Shown here in pieces: positions 1-8,655 of a DNA stretch of 64,000 nucleotides. The DNA comes from Rhodospirillaceae bacterium (GTDB taxonomy: Bacteria > Pseudomonadota > Alphaproteobacteria > GCA-2731375). Position numbers and translations under genes: made by a program. The first letter of the stretch is position 1. Every line of letters starts with the position of its first letter. Where the stretch lies: positions 41,715-105,714 of the forward strand of contig JABIWH010000060.1 of assembly GCA_018701215.1 (NCBI GenBank), in the 5' to 3' direction. The notes under the pieces are model-generated. The model did no database searches. It was given only the letters and a program-made list of their open reading frames with translations, and was not told where the DNA came from.

Positions 1-2
1 GG

Positions 3-284
3 ATGAGCGTTTCCGATGTCAGCCAAAAGGCCATCGCCAATCTGGGGTGGACCGATATTGTCATGCCGGCCCCGGTTTTCAACGGCGATACCCTGTACGC
101 GGAATCGGAGGTTCTGGGCAAAAAAGAGTCCAAATCCCGCCCCACCCAAGGCATTGTCGATGTGACGACACGGGCCCATAAGGGCGATGGCACCCTGGTC
201 ATGAGCTTTAAACGCACGGTCCTGGTGCCGAAACGCGGGCACAGCGTGGACGACAAGATTCTGGCCGCCAAACAAACAGATTAG
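3..284 (+). CDS. MaoC-family (R)-specific enoyl-CoA hydratase, 5'-truncated (itaconyl-CoA hydratase/RipB-like)
   Basis: ANLGW..APVFNGDTLYAESEVL..ESKSRP.QGIV hot-dog fold signature; the gene probably begins upstream of the window. Confidence 0.85.
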   Translation: MSVSDVSQKAIANLGWTDIVMPAPVFNGDTLYAESEVLGKKESKSRPTQGIVDVTTRAHKGDGTLVMSFKRTVLVPKRGHSVDDKILAAKQTD

Positions 285-304
285 TAATTGGGGAGACCTA
301 TTCG

Positions 305-1486
305 ATGAGCGAGATCCTGACAAGCCGCGCGGGCGAAAGCATCACGCGCGAGGACGAACAGCAATTGCTGGATACGGTGCAAAAATGGCTGAACCGGGAT
401 GTCCGCGACAAGGTTCTGGAGCTGGAACATGCCGACGAATATCCCCACGAGATGGTCGAGCAGATGAAGGAACTTGGCCTGTTCGGGGCGACGATTGGCC
501 AGGAATACGGCGGTCTGGGCCTGCCCGCCGGCACCTATGCCAAAATCGTCACCGCCGTGACCGAGGTCTGGATGTCCCTCAGCGGTATTTTCAATTCGCA
601 CTTGATCATGTCGGCGGCGGTGGAACGCTTTGGCACGGAAGAGCAAAAACGCACCTTCCTGCCGCGTTTCGCGACCGGCGAGTTGCGCGGCGCCCTGGCC
701 CTGACCGAGCCCAATTGCGGCACCGATCTGCAGGCCATCCGGACCCGTGCCGTCCGCGACGGTGACGACTACGTCATCAACGGCACCAAAACCTGGATCT
801 CCAACGGCATCGAAGGCGGCTGCGTTGCTCTGTTGGTCAAGACCGACCCGGAGGCGGAACCCCGGCACAAGGGCACATCGCTGTTTATCGCCGAGAAAGG
901 CCCCGGCTTTAGCGTCGGGCGCAAGCTGGAAAAGCTCGGCTATAAGGGTATCGACTCGGCGGAGCTGATATTCGAGGACTACCGCATCCCCGCCGACCGG
1001 CTGATTGGCGGCGAGGAAGGCTCCGGCTTCCGCCATGCGGTCGGCGGCCTGGAGTTGGGGCGCATCAACGTCGCGGCCCGTGGCGTCGGGCTTGCCAATG
1101 CGGCGTTGCAGGCCGCAACTGCATACTCCCAGGTCCGTGAAACCATGGGCAAGCCGATCTGCCAGCACCAGGCGATCCAGTTGAAACTGGGCGATATGGC
1201 GACCCGCTGCGAAGCCTCGCGGCTGTTGGTGGAGGCGGCGGCGACCGCCTATGACAAGGGCCAGCGCTGCGATATGGAGGCGGGCATGGCCAAATTGTTC
1301 GCCTCTGAATCCGCGTTGGAGAACGCCACCGAGTGCATGCGCATTCATGGCGCCTATGGCTATTCCAAGGAATTCCACGTGGAGCGTTATTTCCGCGATG
1401 CGCCGCTGATGTGTATTGGCGAGGGCACCAACGAGATGCAGCGCATCATCATCGCGCGGCAACTGATTGAGAGGAACCCGGTGTGA
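305..1486 (+). CDS. Acyl-CoA dehydrogenase
   Basis: ALALTEPNCGTD, INGTKTWISNG, IGEGTNE motifs; RBS GGGAG upstream. Confidence 0.95.
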   Translation: MSEILTSRAGESITREDEQQLLDTVQKWLNRDVRDKVLELEHADEYPHEMVEQMKELGLFGATIGQEYGGLGLPAGTYAKIVTAVTEVWMSLSGIFNSHLIMSAAVERFGTEEQKRTFLPRFATGELRGALALTEPNCGTDLQAIRTRAVRDGDDYVINGTKTWISNGIEGGCVALLVKTDPEAEPRHKGTSLFIAEKGPGFSVGRKLEKLGYKGIDSAELIFEDYRIPADRLIGGEEGSGFRHAVGGLELGRINVAARGVGLANAALQAATAYSQVRETMGKPICQHQAIQLKLGDMATRCEASRLLVEAAATAYDKGQRCDMEAGMAKLFASESALENATECMRIHGAYGYSKEFHVERYFRDAPLMCIGEGTNEMQRIIIARQLIERNPV

Positions 1487-2673
1487 GTTTGCCCCTGGCC
1501 GGCCTGCGTATCATCGCGGTCGAACATTACGGCGCCGGGCCCTATGGCACCGGTTTTCTGGCCGACCTTGGTGCCGACCTGATCAAGATCGAGAACCGCC
1601 AGATGGGCGGCGATATGTCTCGTGGCGTTGGCCCGCATTATCTGGGCGAGGGCGACAGCCTGTTCTTTCAGGCCCTCAACCGCAACAAACGCTCGCTCTG
1701 CCTGGATCTGAAACATCCGGAGGGCAAGGCGGTCCTGCATAAGCTGGCCGCGACTTCCCATGGCCTGATCAATAATCTGCGCGGTGATCAGCCGGCCAAG
1801 CTGGGCCTGCGTTATGAGGATCTTTCGGCCCACAATCCGGCCCTGGTTTGCGGCCATATTTCCGCCTATGGCAACCATGGGGAGCGGGCCGGCTGGCCCG
1901 GCTATGATTTCCTGATGCAGGCCGAGGCCGGCTTTATGTATCTGAGCGGGGAGCCGGAGGGACCGCCCGCGCGCATGGGTCTGTCCATTGTCGATTATAT
2001 GACTGGCCTTACCACCTCCCTGGCTCTGCTGGCCGGTATTACAGAGGCCAGGGCCGGCGGCCGAGGCCGGGATCTTGAGGTCTCGTTATATGATGTGGCC
2101 ATGCATCAATTGAGTTACCCCGGCGTCTGGTATCTGAACGCGGACGACGCCACCACGCGGGCGCCGCGCTCGGCCCATCCCTCCATCGTGCCATCACAAC
2201 TGTACCGCACCCATGATGGTTGGATCTTCATCATGGCCCAGACCCAGAAATTCTGGGAGGCCCTGTGCGACAAGGTAGATAAGGCGGAATGGAAAGCCGA
2301 TCCACGGTTTCCCGATTACGCGGGCCGTCATGAACACCGCGACGAACTGACCCTGATGATTGATGCGCAATTGATCAGGCAGCCAACGGCGCATTGGATC
2401 GAACATTTCGCCGGCGCGGTACCTTGTGGGCCGGTCAACGACATCGCCCAGGCCCTGGACAATCCTTACTTCACCCAGCGTGGCGGCGTGCAAACCGTGC
2501 CCCATCCGGACCTGCCCGGCGGCCTGAAACTATTGAACAACCCCATTCGCCTGGGCGAACCCATCCCGGCCCGCGCCGCACCAAAGCTGGGCGCCGACAG
2601 CGAAGACATCCTGGCGGAATTGGGTTATTCATCTGAAGAAATCGCCAAGCTGCGTTCCAGCAACGCCATCTAG
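1483..2673 (+). CDS. Family III CoA-transferase (CaiB/BaiF)
   Basis: LADLGADLIKIE, NRNKRSL.LDLK, GYD motifs; GTGA overlap with the upstream ACAD. Confidence 0.93.
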   Translation: MSLPLAGLRIIAVEHYGAGPYGTGFLADLGADLIKIENRQMGGDMSRGVGPHYLGEGDSLFFQALNRNKRSLCLDLKHPEGKAVLHKLAATSHGLINNLRGDQPAKLGLRYEDLSAHNPALVCGHISAYGNHGERAGWPGYDFLMQAEAGFMYLSGEPEGPPARMGLSIVDYMTGLTTSLALLAGITEARAGGRGRDLEVSLYDVAMHQLSYPGVWYLNADDATTRAPRSAHPSIVPSQLYRTHDGWIFIMAQTQKFWEALCDKVDKAEWKADPRFPDYAGRHEHRDELTLMIDAQLIRQPTAHWIEHFAGAVPCGPVNDIAQALDNPYFTQRGGVQTVPHPDLPGGLKLLNNPIRLGEPIPARAAPKLGADSEDILAELGYSSEEIAKLRSSNAI

Positions 2674-2685
2674 AAAGCATATGAC

Positions 2686-3846
2686 ATGAAACTCGAAGGT
2701 ATCCGCGTTCTCGATCTATCCCTGTTCCTGCCGGGGCCGCTATTGACCCAGATGATGGCCGACCACGGCGCCGAGGTGATCAAGCTGGAACCCATTAATG
2801 GTGGTGAGCCGAACCGTGTGATCGGTGCCGAACGTGACGGCACCACGGTGTTTTTCGCCAACACGCATCGTAACAAACAAAGCGTGCAGCTGAACCTGAA
2901 GACGCCCGAGGGCGTGGAGGCCGCCCTGCGCCTGGCCGCCAGTTGCGATGTCATGATCGAGGCGTTTCGCCCCGGCGTGGTGGACCGCCTGGGCGTTGGC
3001 TATGACGCGGTCGCCGAACAGCATCCGGGCATCGTCTATGCTTCGCTTTCCGCCTTTGGCCAGGATGGGCCCTATGCCAAGATACCGGCCCATGACATGG
3101 CCACGCAGGCCTATGCCGGCATCCTCAGCGTTAATCTTGGCGCCGACGGGCAGCCGGGCATTCCGGGCATCGCCAATGCGGACATGCTGACCTCCATGAT
3201 GGGGCTGTCGGCAGTGCTGATGGCGCTGTACCGGCGCCGGGATACGGGCCGGGGCGACTATATCGATATGGCCATGATGGACAGCGTGATCGCTGCCATG
3301 CCGAACAATATGGGGCCGGTTTTCGCCGAGAAACGCCCGCCCAACCCCAAGGATGAACGTTCCTGGGGCGGCAATGCCATGTACGCCATCTACAAGACCA
3401 AGGATGACAAGCATATCGTCCTGGGCGGGGCGGAGATGCATTTTGCCGCCGCCATCCTGAACAAGATGGGCCGCCCTGACCTGATCGACGTCTGCCTGCC
3501 GCCGCCCGGCCGGAACCAGGACCCGGCCAAAGAATTCCTGACCGAGACCTTCCTCTCCGAAACCCAGGCTTATTGGGTGGACTGGTTCGAGGGCGTGGAT
3601 GCGGCCTTTGCTCCGGTCAACAACCTGCGCCAGGGCGCCGATGATCCCCAGGCCCGGCACCGGGAAATGATCATCGAGGATGACCGCGGCTGGGAACACA
3701 TCGGCATCCCCATGAAATTCCGCGACGAACCGGGCCAGGTGGTCTTCGATCTACCCGATCTGGGCCAGCACACGGAAACCAACCTGCGCAATGTGGGCTA
3801 CAGCGAGGCCGAAGTCGCCGCGATGAAGGACAAGGGCGTGTTTTAA
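2686..3846 (+). CDS. Family III CoA-transferase (CaiB/BaiF)
   Basis: RVLDLS..LPGP, ADHGAEVIKLE, FRPGVVDRLG, AHD motifs. Confidence 0.93.
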   Translation: MKLEGIRVLDLSLFLPGPLLTQMMADHGAEVIKLEPINGGEPNRVIGAERDGTTVFFANTHRNKQSVQLNLKTPEGVEAALRLAASCDVMIEAFRPGVVDRLGVGYDAVAEQHPGIVYASLSAFGQDGPYAKIPAHDMATQAYAGILSVNLGADGQPGIPGIANADMLTSMMGLSAVLMALYRRRDTGRGDYIDMAMMDSVIAAMPNNMGPVFAEKRPPNPKDERSWGGNAMYAIYKTKDDKHIVLGGAEMHFAAAILNKMGRPDLIDVCLPPPGRNQDPAKEFLTETFLSETQAYWVDWFEGVDAAFAPVNNLRQGADDPQARHREMIIEDDRGWEHIGIPMKFRDEPGQVVFDLPDLGQHTETNLRNVGYSEAEVAAMKDKGVF

Positions 3847-3850
3847 GGCG

Positions 3851-4330
3851 TCAAAACAGCCGGCGGTCCCACCACACGGGTTGATGCAGTCCGTGCTCAA
3901 TGCGGCGAAAATCCGGATGTTCCGGATTGATCAAAATGTTCTGTTCCATACGGGCGACAACGCTGGGTACGATCAACACGGCTGAGCGCTTTTCCGTTTG
4001 CCATTGTGCACCGTACGGGCGAGAGGCGGCAAAGGTCGTATCCTCCCAGCCCGGCAAAACGTCCGGCGTCACCATTTCGTACGAAATACCATTGGGAATT
4101 GTGATTTCGATATAGTGTTGATTAGGCGGCAACTGGCCGCTGCCATGCACTAGTTTCTCCAGCATCGCCGTCGAATAGTTAGCGGAGGCATAGATCATCG
4201 GCTCGGTCGTGCCGTTCCAACGTCCCGGCGCGATGGTCGATCCCGTAGCGTCAAATATGGGGTACTGGCCGTCTGGATCGCCTATTCGATAGCATGTGAG
4301 AACTCGGTCCAGAACCTGCCCGGTCATCAA
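3851..4330 (-). CDS. RES-domain toxin
   Basis: GRWN..YAS...AMLE...VPS..NILINP.HPDF RES pattern; overlaps the antitoxin stop codon. Confidence 0.9.
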   Translation of the reverse strand: MMTGQVLDRVLTCYRIGDPDGQYPIFDATGSTIAPGRWNGTTEPMIYASANYSTAMLEKLVHGSGQLPPNQHYIEITIPNGISYEMVTPDVLPGWEDTTFAASRPYGAQWQTEKRSAVLIVPSVVARMEQNILINPEHPDFRRIEHGLHQPVWWDRRLF

Positions 4331-4752
4331 GCCGCCGTGCCATGTTTCAAACGGCCAAGGATTTCTTCAACCATGCGGGCGCCGACTTCGGTTTTCAACG
4401 CCGCCTCGATCGGGGTGCGTCCCTCCAGCAAGGCATGGGGGCGGTTTAGAAAGGCGCGTGCATCCACTTCGGTTTGCCAGACATCAAGGGCGCAACTCCA
4501 AACCTGGGCGATACGGGACAGCCGGTCGCTTTCTTCGGGCGACAATCGTTTCGCCTTTTGCCGCCGCGCCAAGGTGGCCTTGGCGATCAGACGGTATTTG
4601 AAGTCACTGTCGCCCGGTGCGATTTGGCGCGTCACCCGCTCCAGACTTTGGATAGGCAAGCCGCGCTCAATGGCCGCGACATAGCCCATGGCCGAGGTTG
4701 GCTTGCCAATGCCAAGAACGCTGGCGATGCTTTGTTCCTTCAGGGCTAACAT
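4327..4752 (-). CDS. Xre/MbcA/ParS antitoxin (DUF2384)
   Basis: ATLARR...LSPEESDRL.R and C-terminal FLNRPH.LLEG.TP...GAR.VE.ILGRL.HG. Confidence 0.9.
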   Translation of the reverse strand: MLALKEQSIASVLGIGKPTSAMGYVAAIERGLPIQSLERVTRQIAPGDSDFKYRLIAKATLARRQKAKRLSPEESDRLSRIAQVWSCALDVWQTEVDARAFLNRPHALLEGRTPIEAALKTEVGARMVEEILGRLKHGTAA

Positions 4753-4772
4753 GGGCGATTCTCCAAAGCCTT

Positions 4773-4798
4773 ATTTGAGACTATATATAGCATCAAAT
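4773..4798. promoter_or_regulatory. Imperfect palindrome, candidate autoregulatory operator of the Xre-RES operon
   Basis: ATTTGAGACTATA/TATAGCATCAAAT, 11 of 13 positions paired, about 20 bp upstream of the antitoxin ATG. Confidence 0.55.
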
Positions 4799-4856
4799 GA
4801 GTATATGCGCAATAGCATCGTTGGCTAACAGCCTTAGAAAACAGGGTCCGGATTTG

Positions 4857-4952
4857 TCAACTGATCGCTGGAGCTCCGAACAAATTCCAAAGGTCTTTAG
4901 CGGTAAACCAGGCCACGATGATGACGGCAAACAAAACGAGTGCAGCAATCAT
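4857..4952 (-). CDS. Possible 31-aa hydrophobic small protein or membrane-gene remnant
   Basis: Manual translation MIAALVLFAVIIVAWFTAKDLWNLFGAPAIS; only a weak GGA upstream; below the ORF-track cutoff. Confidence 0.3.
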   Translation of the reverse strand: MIAALVLFAVIIVAWFTAKDLWNLFGAPAIS

Positions 4953-5009
4953 TTTTCCAAATATGGCGGAGTTTTCTGCGCAAACTATCGATCAATCCGA
5001 ATGATGCAA

Positions 5010-5813
5010 TCAGCTCCCCGCACCAACACCCAACATCAAGGCGCGGTTGCTTTGGATCATCGCGCGGATGTCGTCCACATAGGCGGCGCCGCGTTGGGAA
5101 TAGCGGTCCAGGCCGGATGCCAACTGCATCGCATCTGGCGTCTTGCCTTGCTGGCGGGCCTGCCAGCGCAGGCGGCGCAGCTCCCGGTACGCCGGGCCGG
5201 TGTTGAGGTTGCGTAAATAGGCGCGGACCGAGGCATTCACCGATTTATAGCGGGCTACCTCGTGGCCTGCCCCGGTATTCCGCTGTTTGGGCACCATGCC
5301 GCAGCCCGGCTTGAAACACCACTGACCGAACATGTTGTTGCCCTCTCGGGCAAAGCGCGATCGGCCCCAATTGGTTTCATTGGCGCTTTGCGCCAAGACC
5401 AGCGGCAGCGGCGCGGTATCGACCCGCTGTAACAGCGCCCGCCATTCCGCCCCGGTCCAGGCGATGCGATATTTGTCCGCCACCGCGGCGACCCAGACCG
5501 GCTTGCCGCCAACCTTGCGGGCGGCGATCAGGCGTCGGCGCAGATCCTGGATACGGTGGTTCTCGGCCTCGATAATGGGGCGCATGAAGGCAAAAAAGGC
5601 GGTTTTTCGGCCCGGGACATTGATGCCGTCATCGATCTGCAAATCCCGCGCCTGGAAGGAACGAATTTCTTCCTTGCTGTAATGCAGATAAATCTGTTGC
5701 CCGGTCAGATAAATGACCGCCAGCTCCGCCAGCAACGCGGCTGCGAAGTAAAGATCTCGCAGGGTGATGCCGCGGCTTTGACTTTTTGGGCGCCGGGTAG
5801 GATCACAGCTCAT
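5010..5813 (-). CDS. Bax-like glucosaminidase-domain (GH73-like) protein
   Basis: LAQSANETNWGRSRFAREGNN.FG, NLNT..AY, YSQRG motifs; N-terminal TM helix; start uncertain (5813 or 5873). Confidence 0.85.
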   Translation of the reverse strand: MSCDPTRRPKSQSRGITLRDLYFAAALLAELAVIYLTGQQIYLHYSKEEIRSFQARDLQIDDGINVPGRKTAFFAFMRPIIEAENHRIQDLRRRLIAARKVGGKPVWVAAVADKYRIAWTGAEWRALLQRVDTAPLPLVLAQSANETNWGRSRFAREGNNMFGQWCFKPGCGMVPKQRNTGAGHEVARYKSVNASVRAYLRNLNTGPAYRELRRLRWQARQQGKTPDAMQLASGLDRYSQRGAAYVDDIRAMIQSNRALMLGVGAGS

Positions 5814-5882
5814 GCGCGGGACCTCTGGGTTACGAACTGAGCCGTTTGTATCATTGCATGGCGGCGGCGCCAAGATTACCCA

Positions 5883-5897
5883 TAGAGCGCTTTCAAT
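5883..5897 (+). repeat. Left arm of a 15-bp inverted repeat bracketing tcuA-prpF
   Basis: TAGAGCGCTTTCAAT matches the reverse complement of 8641-8655 at 14 of 15 positions. Confidence 0.6.
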
Positions 5898-5954
5898 GCC
5901 ATTCTCCCTCCAGCATAATGCAGCCCAGATTGTTGGAATTGGGAGTTGGTTTGA

Positions 5955-7451
5955 ATGTCAGATTACGATGTCATCGTTGTAGGTGCGGGCAATGCGGCCC
6001 AGGCCGCCGCCAATTCGGCCCGGGAACAAGGCGCCGAGCGGGTTTTGCTGTTGGAAAAGGCGCCCGAGGCGGACCGGGGCGGCAATACTCATTTCAGCGG
6101 CGGCATGATGCGCATCGCCTATGGCGAGGCCGAGGCCTTGCGCGCCCTGGTGCCCGATGTCGAGGATGAACTGCCTGGTTTCTTCGAAGACGTGCCGACC
6201 TATACCGAAGATGAAATGATGGCCGATCTGATGCGGGTGACCGCCGGCAAGACCGACCAGACATTGGCGAAAATCCTGATCTCCAAATCCTATGAGACGA
6301 TTTGCTGGCTGCATGAGTACGGCGGCATCGCAATGGAACCGGCGATCAGCCTGACCGGCATCCGGGTCGGCAACCGGGTGAAATGGCAAAAGGGCGGCAT
6401 CATCCGCGCCTTGCACGAGGGCGTCGGCCTGTCCAATTCCTGGTTCGCCAAATCCGAGGCCAACAACATCACCATCCGCTATGGCGTTGGCGCAACGGCT
6501 TTGTTGCAGGATGAGGACGGCACCGTGGTGGGGGTCGAGGTCAACACCGGCGAAACCTTGGAGGAGATTACGGCTCCGGCGGTGGTGCTGGGTTGCGGCG
6601 GCTTCGAGGCCAATGCGCAGATGCGGGCGCAATACCTCGGCGCACCCTGGGATCACGCCAAGGTGCGCGGCACGGCCCATAACCAGGGCGATGGCCTGCG
6701 CATGGCTTTGGAAATCGGCGCCCTGCCTTGGGGGCAATGGAGCGGCCGTCATTCGACGCCGATCTCCAATGAATGGCCGGACTTCGCCGACCGCGAGCGG
6801 ACAGACCGCAGCAACCGGCTGTCGTTTCCCTATTCCGTGATGCTCAACCGCAAGGGCCTGCGTTTCCTCGATGAAGGCGAGGACATGGGCATGTACACCT
6901 ATGCCAAATACGGCGGGCAGATCCTGAACGAACCCGGCGCCCTGGCCTGGCAGATTTTCGACCAGCAGACCGTGCATTTGCTGGAGCCGCGTTACAACAC
7001 CTCCGACCCCATCAGCGCCGATACCCTGGCCGAACTGGTGGAGCAGCTGGACGTGGATGACAAGCCCCAGGCCCTGCGCACGTTGGAGGCCTATAACGCC
7101 GCGGCGCCCAGCCGGGGCGCCAACGACGGTTTCGACCCGACGCAGAAAGACGGTCTGTCGACCTCTGGCCTAAGCCCCGAAAAAACCAACTGGGCCACGC
7201 GCCTGGATCAACCGCCCTTCCTGGCCTACTCCGCCACGGGCGGCGTCACCTTCACCTTTGGCGCCCTGAAGATCGACGAAGACGCCCGGGTGATCGGCAC
7301 GGATTGGCGCCCCATCAGGGGTCTATTCGCCTGTGGTGAGATGGTCGGCGGGCTATTCCATTTTAACTATCCCGGCGGCACCGGCCTGGTTTCGGGCGCG
7401 GTGTTCGGCAAGATCGCGGGCGCCAGCGCAGCCCGGAAAGCCACGGAATGA
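5955..7451 (+). CDS. tcuA: FAD-dependent tricarballylate dehydrogenase TcuA-like flavoprotein
   Basis: VVGAGNAA, RGGNT.FSGG, GGFEAN..MR.QYLG, GVTFTFG, NYPGGTGL.SGAVFG motifs. Confidence 0.8.
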   Translation: MSDYDVIVVGAGNAAQAAANSAREQGAERVLLLEKAPEADRGGNTHFSGGMMRIAYGEAEALRALVPDVEDELPGFFEDVPTYTEDEMMADLMRVTAGKTDQTLAKILISKSYETICWLHEYGGIAMEPAISLTGIRVGNRVKWQKGGIIRALHEGVGLSNSWFAKSEANNITIRYGVGATALLQDEDGTVVGVEVNTGETLEEITAPAVVLGCGGFEANAQMRAQYLGAPWDHAKVRGTAHNQGDGLRMALEIGALPWGQWSGRHSTPISNEWPDFADRERTDRSNRLSFPYSVMLNRKGLRFLDEGEDMGMYTYAKYGGQILNEPGALAWQIFDQQTVHLLEPRYNTSDPISADTLAELVEQLDVDDKPQALRTLEAYNAAAPSRGANDGFDPTQKDGLSTSGLSPEKTNWATRLDQPPFLAYSATGGVTFTFGALKIDEDARVIGTDWRPIRGLFACGEMVGGLFHFNYPGGTGLVSGAVFGKIAGASAARKATE

Positions 7452-7475
7452 TGCAACAGCCATGAGCCGGCAGCC

Positions 7476-8621
7476 ATGAGCCAAAAACGCGTACCGGCGG
7501 CCTTCATTCGTGGCGGCACCTCGAAAGGGGTGTTCTTTCATGGCCGGGATTTGCCGGACGACCTGGGCCAGCGCAACACCATCTTCCTGGCCGCCATTGG
7601 CAGCCCCGACCCCTACGGCCGGCAGCTTGACGGCATGGGCGGGGGGCTTTCATCCCTGTCCAAGGTCGTGGTGATCGAACCCTCGGCGCGGCCGGGCATT
7701 GATGTGGATTATACCTTTGGCCAGGTCGTGGTCGATGCGGCGGAGGTGGACTATGGCGCCACCTGTGGCAACCTATCTTCCGCCGTCGGTCCTTTCGCGG
7801 TGGACGAAGGCCTGGTTAGCGCCGGCGATGGCGAGGCCGTGGTCCGGGTCTACAACACCAATACGGACAAAGTGTTCGAGAGCCGCTTTTTGATCCGCGA
7901 CGGCGTGGCCGAGACACAAGGCGATTTCGTTATTCCCGGCGTCGCCGGCAGCGCGGCCCGCATCCGTCTGGATTTTCTTGACCCGGGCGGGGCCGGCACC
8001 GGCTCGCTGCTACCCAGTGGCCAGATCAACGATGTCATCGAATTGGCCGATGGCGGCAAGATTGAAATCTGCTGTATCGATGCCACCACGCCCTGCGTCT
8101 TTGTCGCCGCGTCCGGCCTGGGCCTGACCGCCACGGAATTGCCGGTTGATCTGGAGGCCAAGGCGGATGTCCTGGCCAAGCTGGAAGAAATCCGCGCCTT
8201 GGCCGGTGTGCGCATGGGCCTGGGCGGCAGCGCGGCGGAAATCTCCACCAATTCCCGCGCCTCTCCAAAGATCGCCATGGTCGGCCCGCCCGCCGATGCC
8301 GCGCTGCTGGACGGCAGCACAATGGCGGCGGATCAAGTGGATCTTTCCGTGCGCATGATCTCCATGGGCCAGCCGCACCGGGCCGTACCCCTGACCGGGG
8401 GCATGTGCCTGGCCGTGGCCGCCAATCTGGCCGGCAGCCTGGTACACAGCCTGGCGCGGCCCGGCATTAGCGGCGATGTCCGTCTGGGCACCGCTTCGGG
8501 GGCCATTCCCATTGGTGCCAAGGTTGAAAGCGCGGGCGCCAACAGCACCGTTGACTACATCACCACCTACCGCACTGCCCGCCGCCTGATGGAGGGTAAT
8601 GTGTTGGTGCCGCGGGACTAA
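7476..8621 (+). CDS. PrpF-family isomerase (aconitate/methylaconitate isomerase-like)
   Basis: RGGTSKG, GSPDPYGRQLDGMGGG.SS.SK, CGN, RTARRLMEG motifs. Confidence 0.9.
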   Translation: MSQKRVPAAFIRGGTSKGVFFHGRDLPDDLGQRNTIFLAAIGSPDPYGRQLDGMGGGLSSLSKVVVIEPSARPGIDVDYTFGQVVVDAAEVDYGATCGNLSSAVGPFAVDEGLVSAGDGEAVVRVYNTNTDKVFESRFLIRDGVAETQGDFVIPGVAGSAARIRLDFLDPGGAGTGSLLPSGQINDVIELADGGKIEICCIDATTPCVFVAASGLGLTATELPVDLEAKADVLAKLEEIRALAGVRMGLGGSAAEISTNSRASPKIAMVGPPADAALLDGSTMAADQVDLSVRMISMGQPHRAVPLTGGMCLAVAANLAGSLVHSLARPGISGDVRLGTASGAIPIGAKVESAGANSTVDYITTYRTARRLMEGNVLVPRD

Positions 8622-8640
8622 AACCGCAGCGCAAGTTTCA

Positions 8641-8655
8641 ATTGAATGCGCTCTA
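8641..8655 (-). repeat. Right arm of the 15-bp inverted repeat bracketing tcuA-prpF
   Basis: ATTGAATGCGCTCTA; its TAG on the minus strand is the stop codon of the deacylase. Confidence 0.6.

Noticed and set aside
281-1462. Long antisense ORFs, here and at e.g. 2740-3699, 29170-30345, 36641-37831, 46962-48629 and 62213-63415
   Set aside because: They mirror well-supported genes on the opposite strand, lack family motifs, and are expected shadows of GC-rich codon usage.
4797-5216. 139-aa plus-strand ORF between the TA pair and bax
   Set aside because: It overlaps bax antisense and the TA promoter, and has no motif or RBS support.
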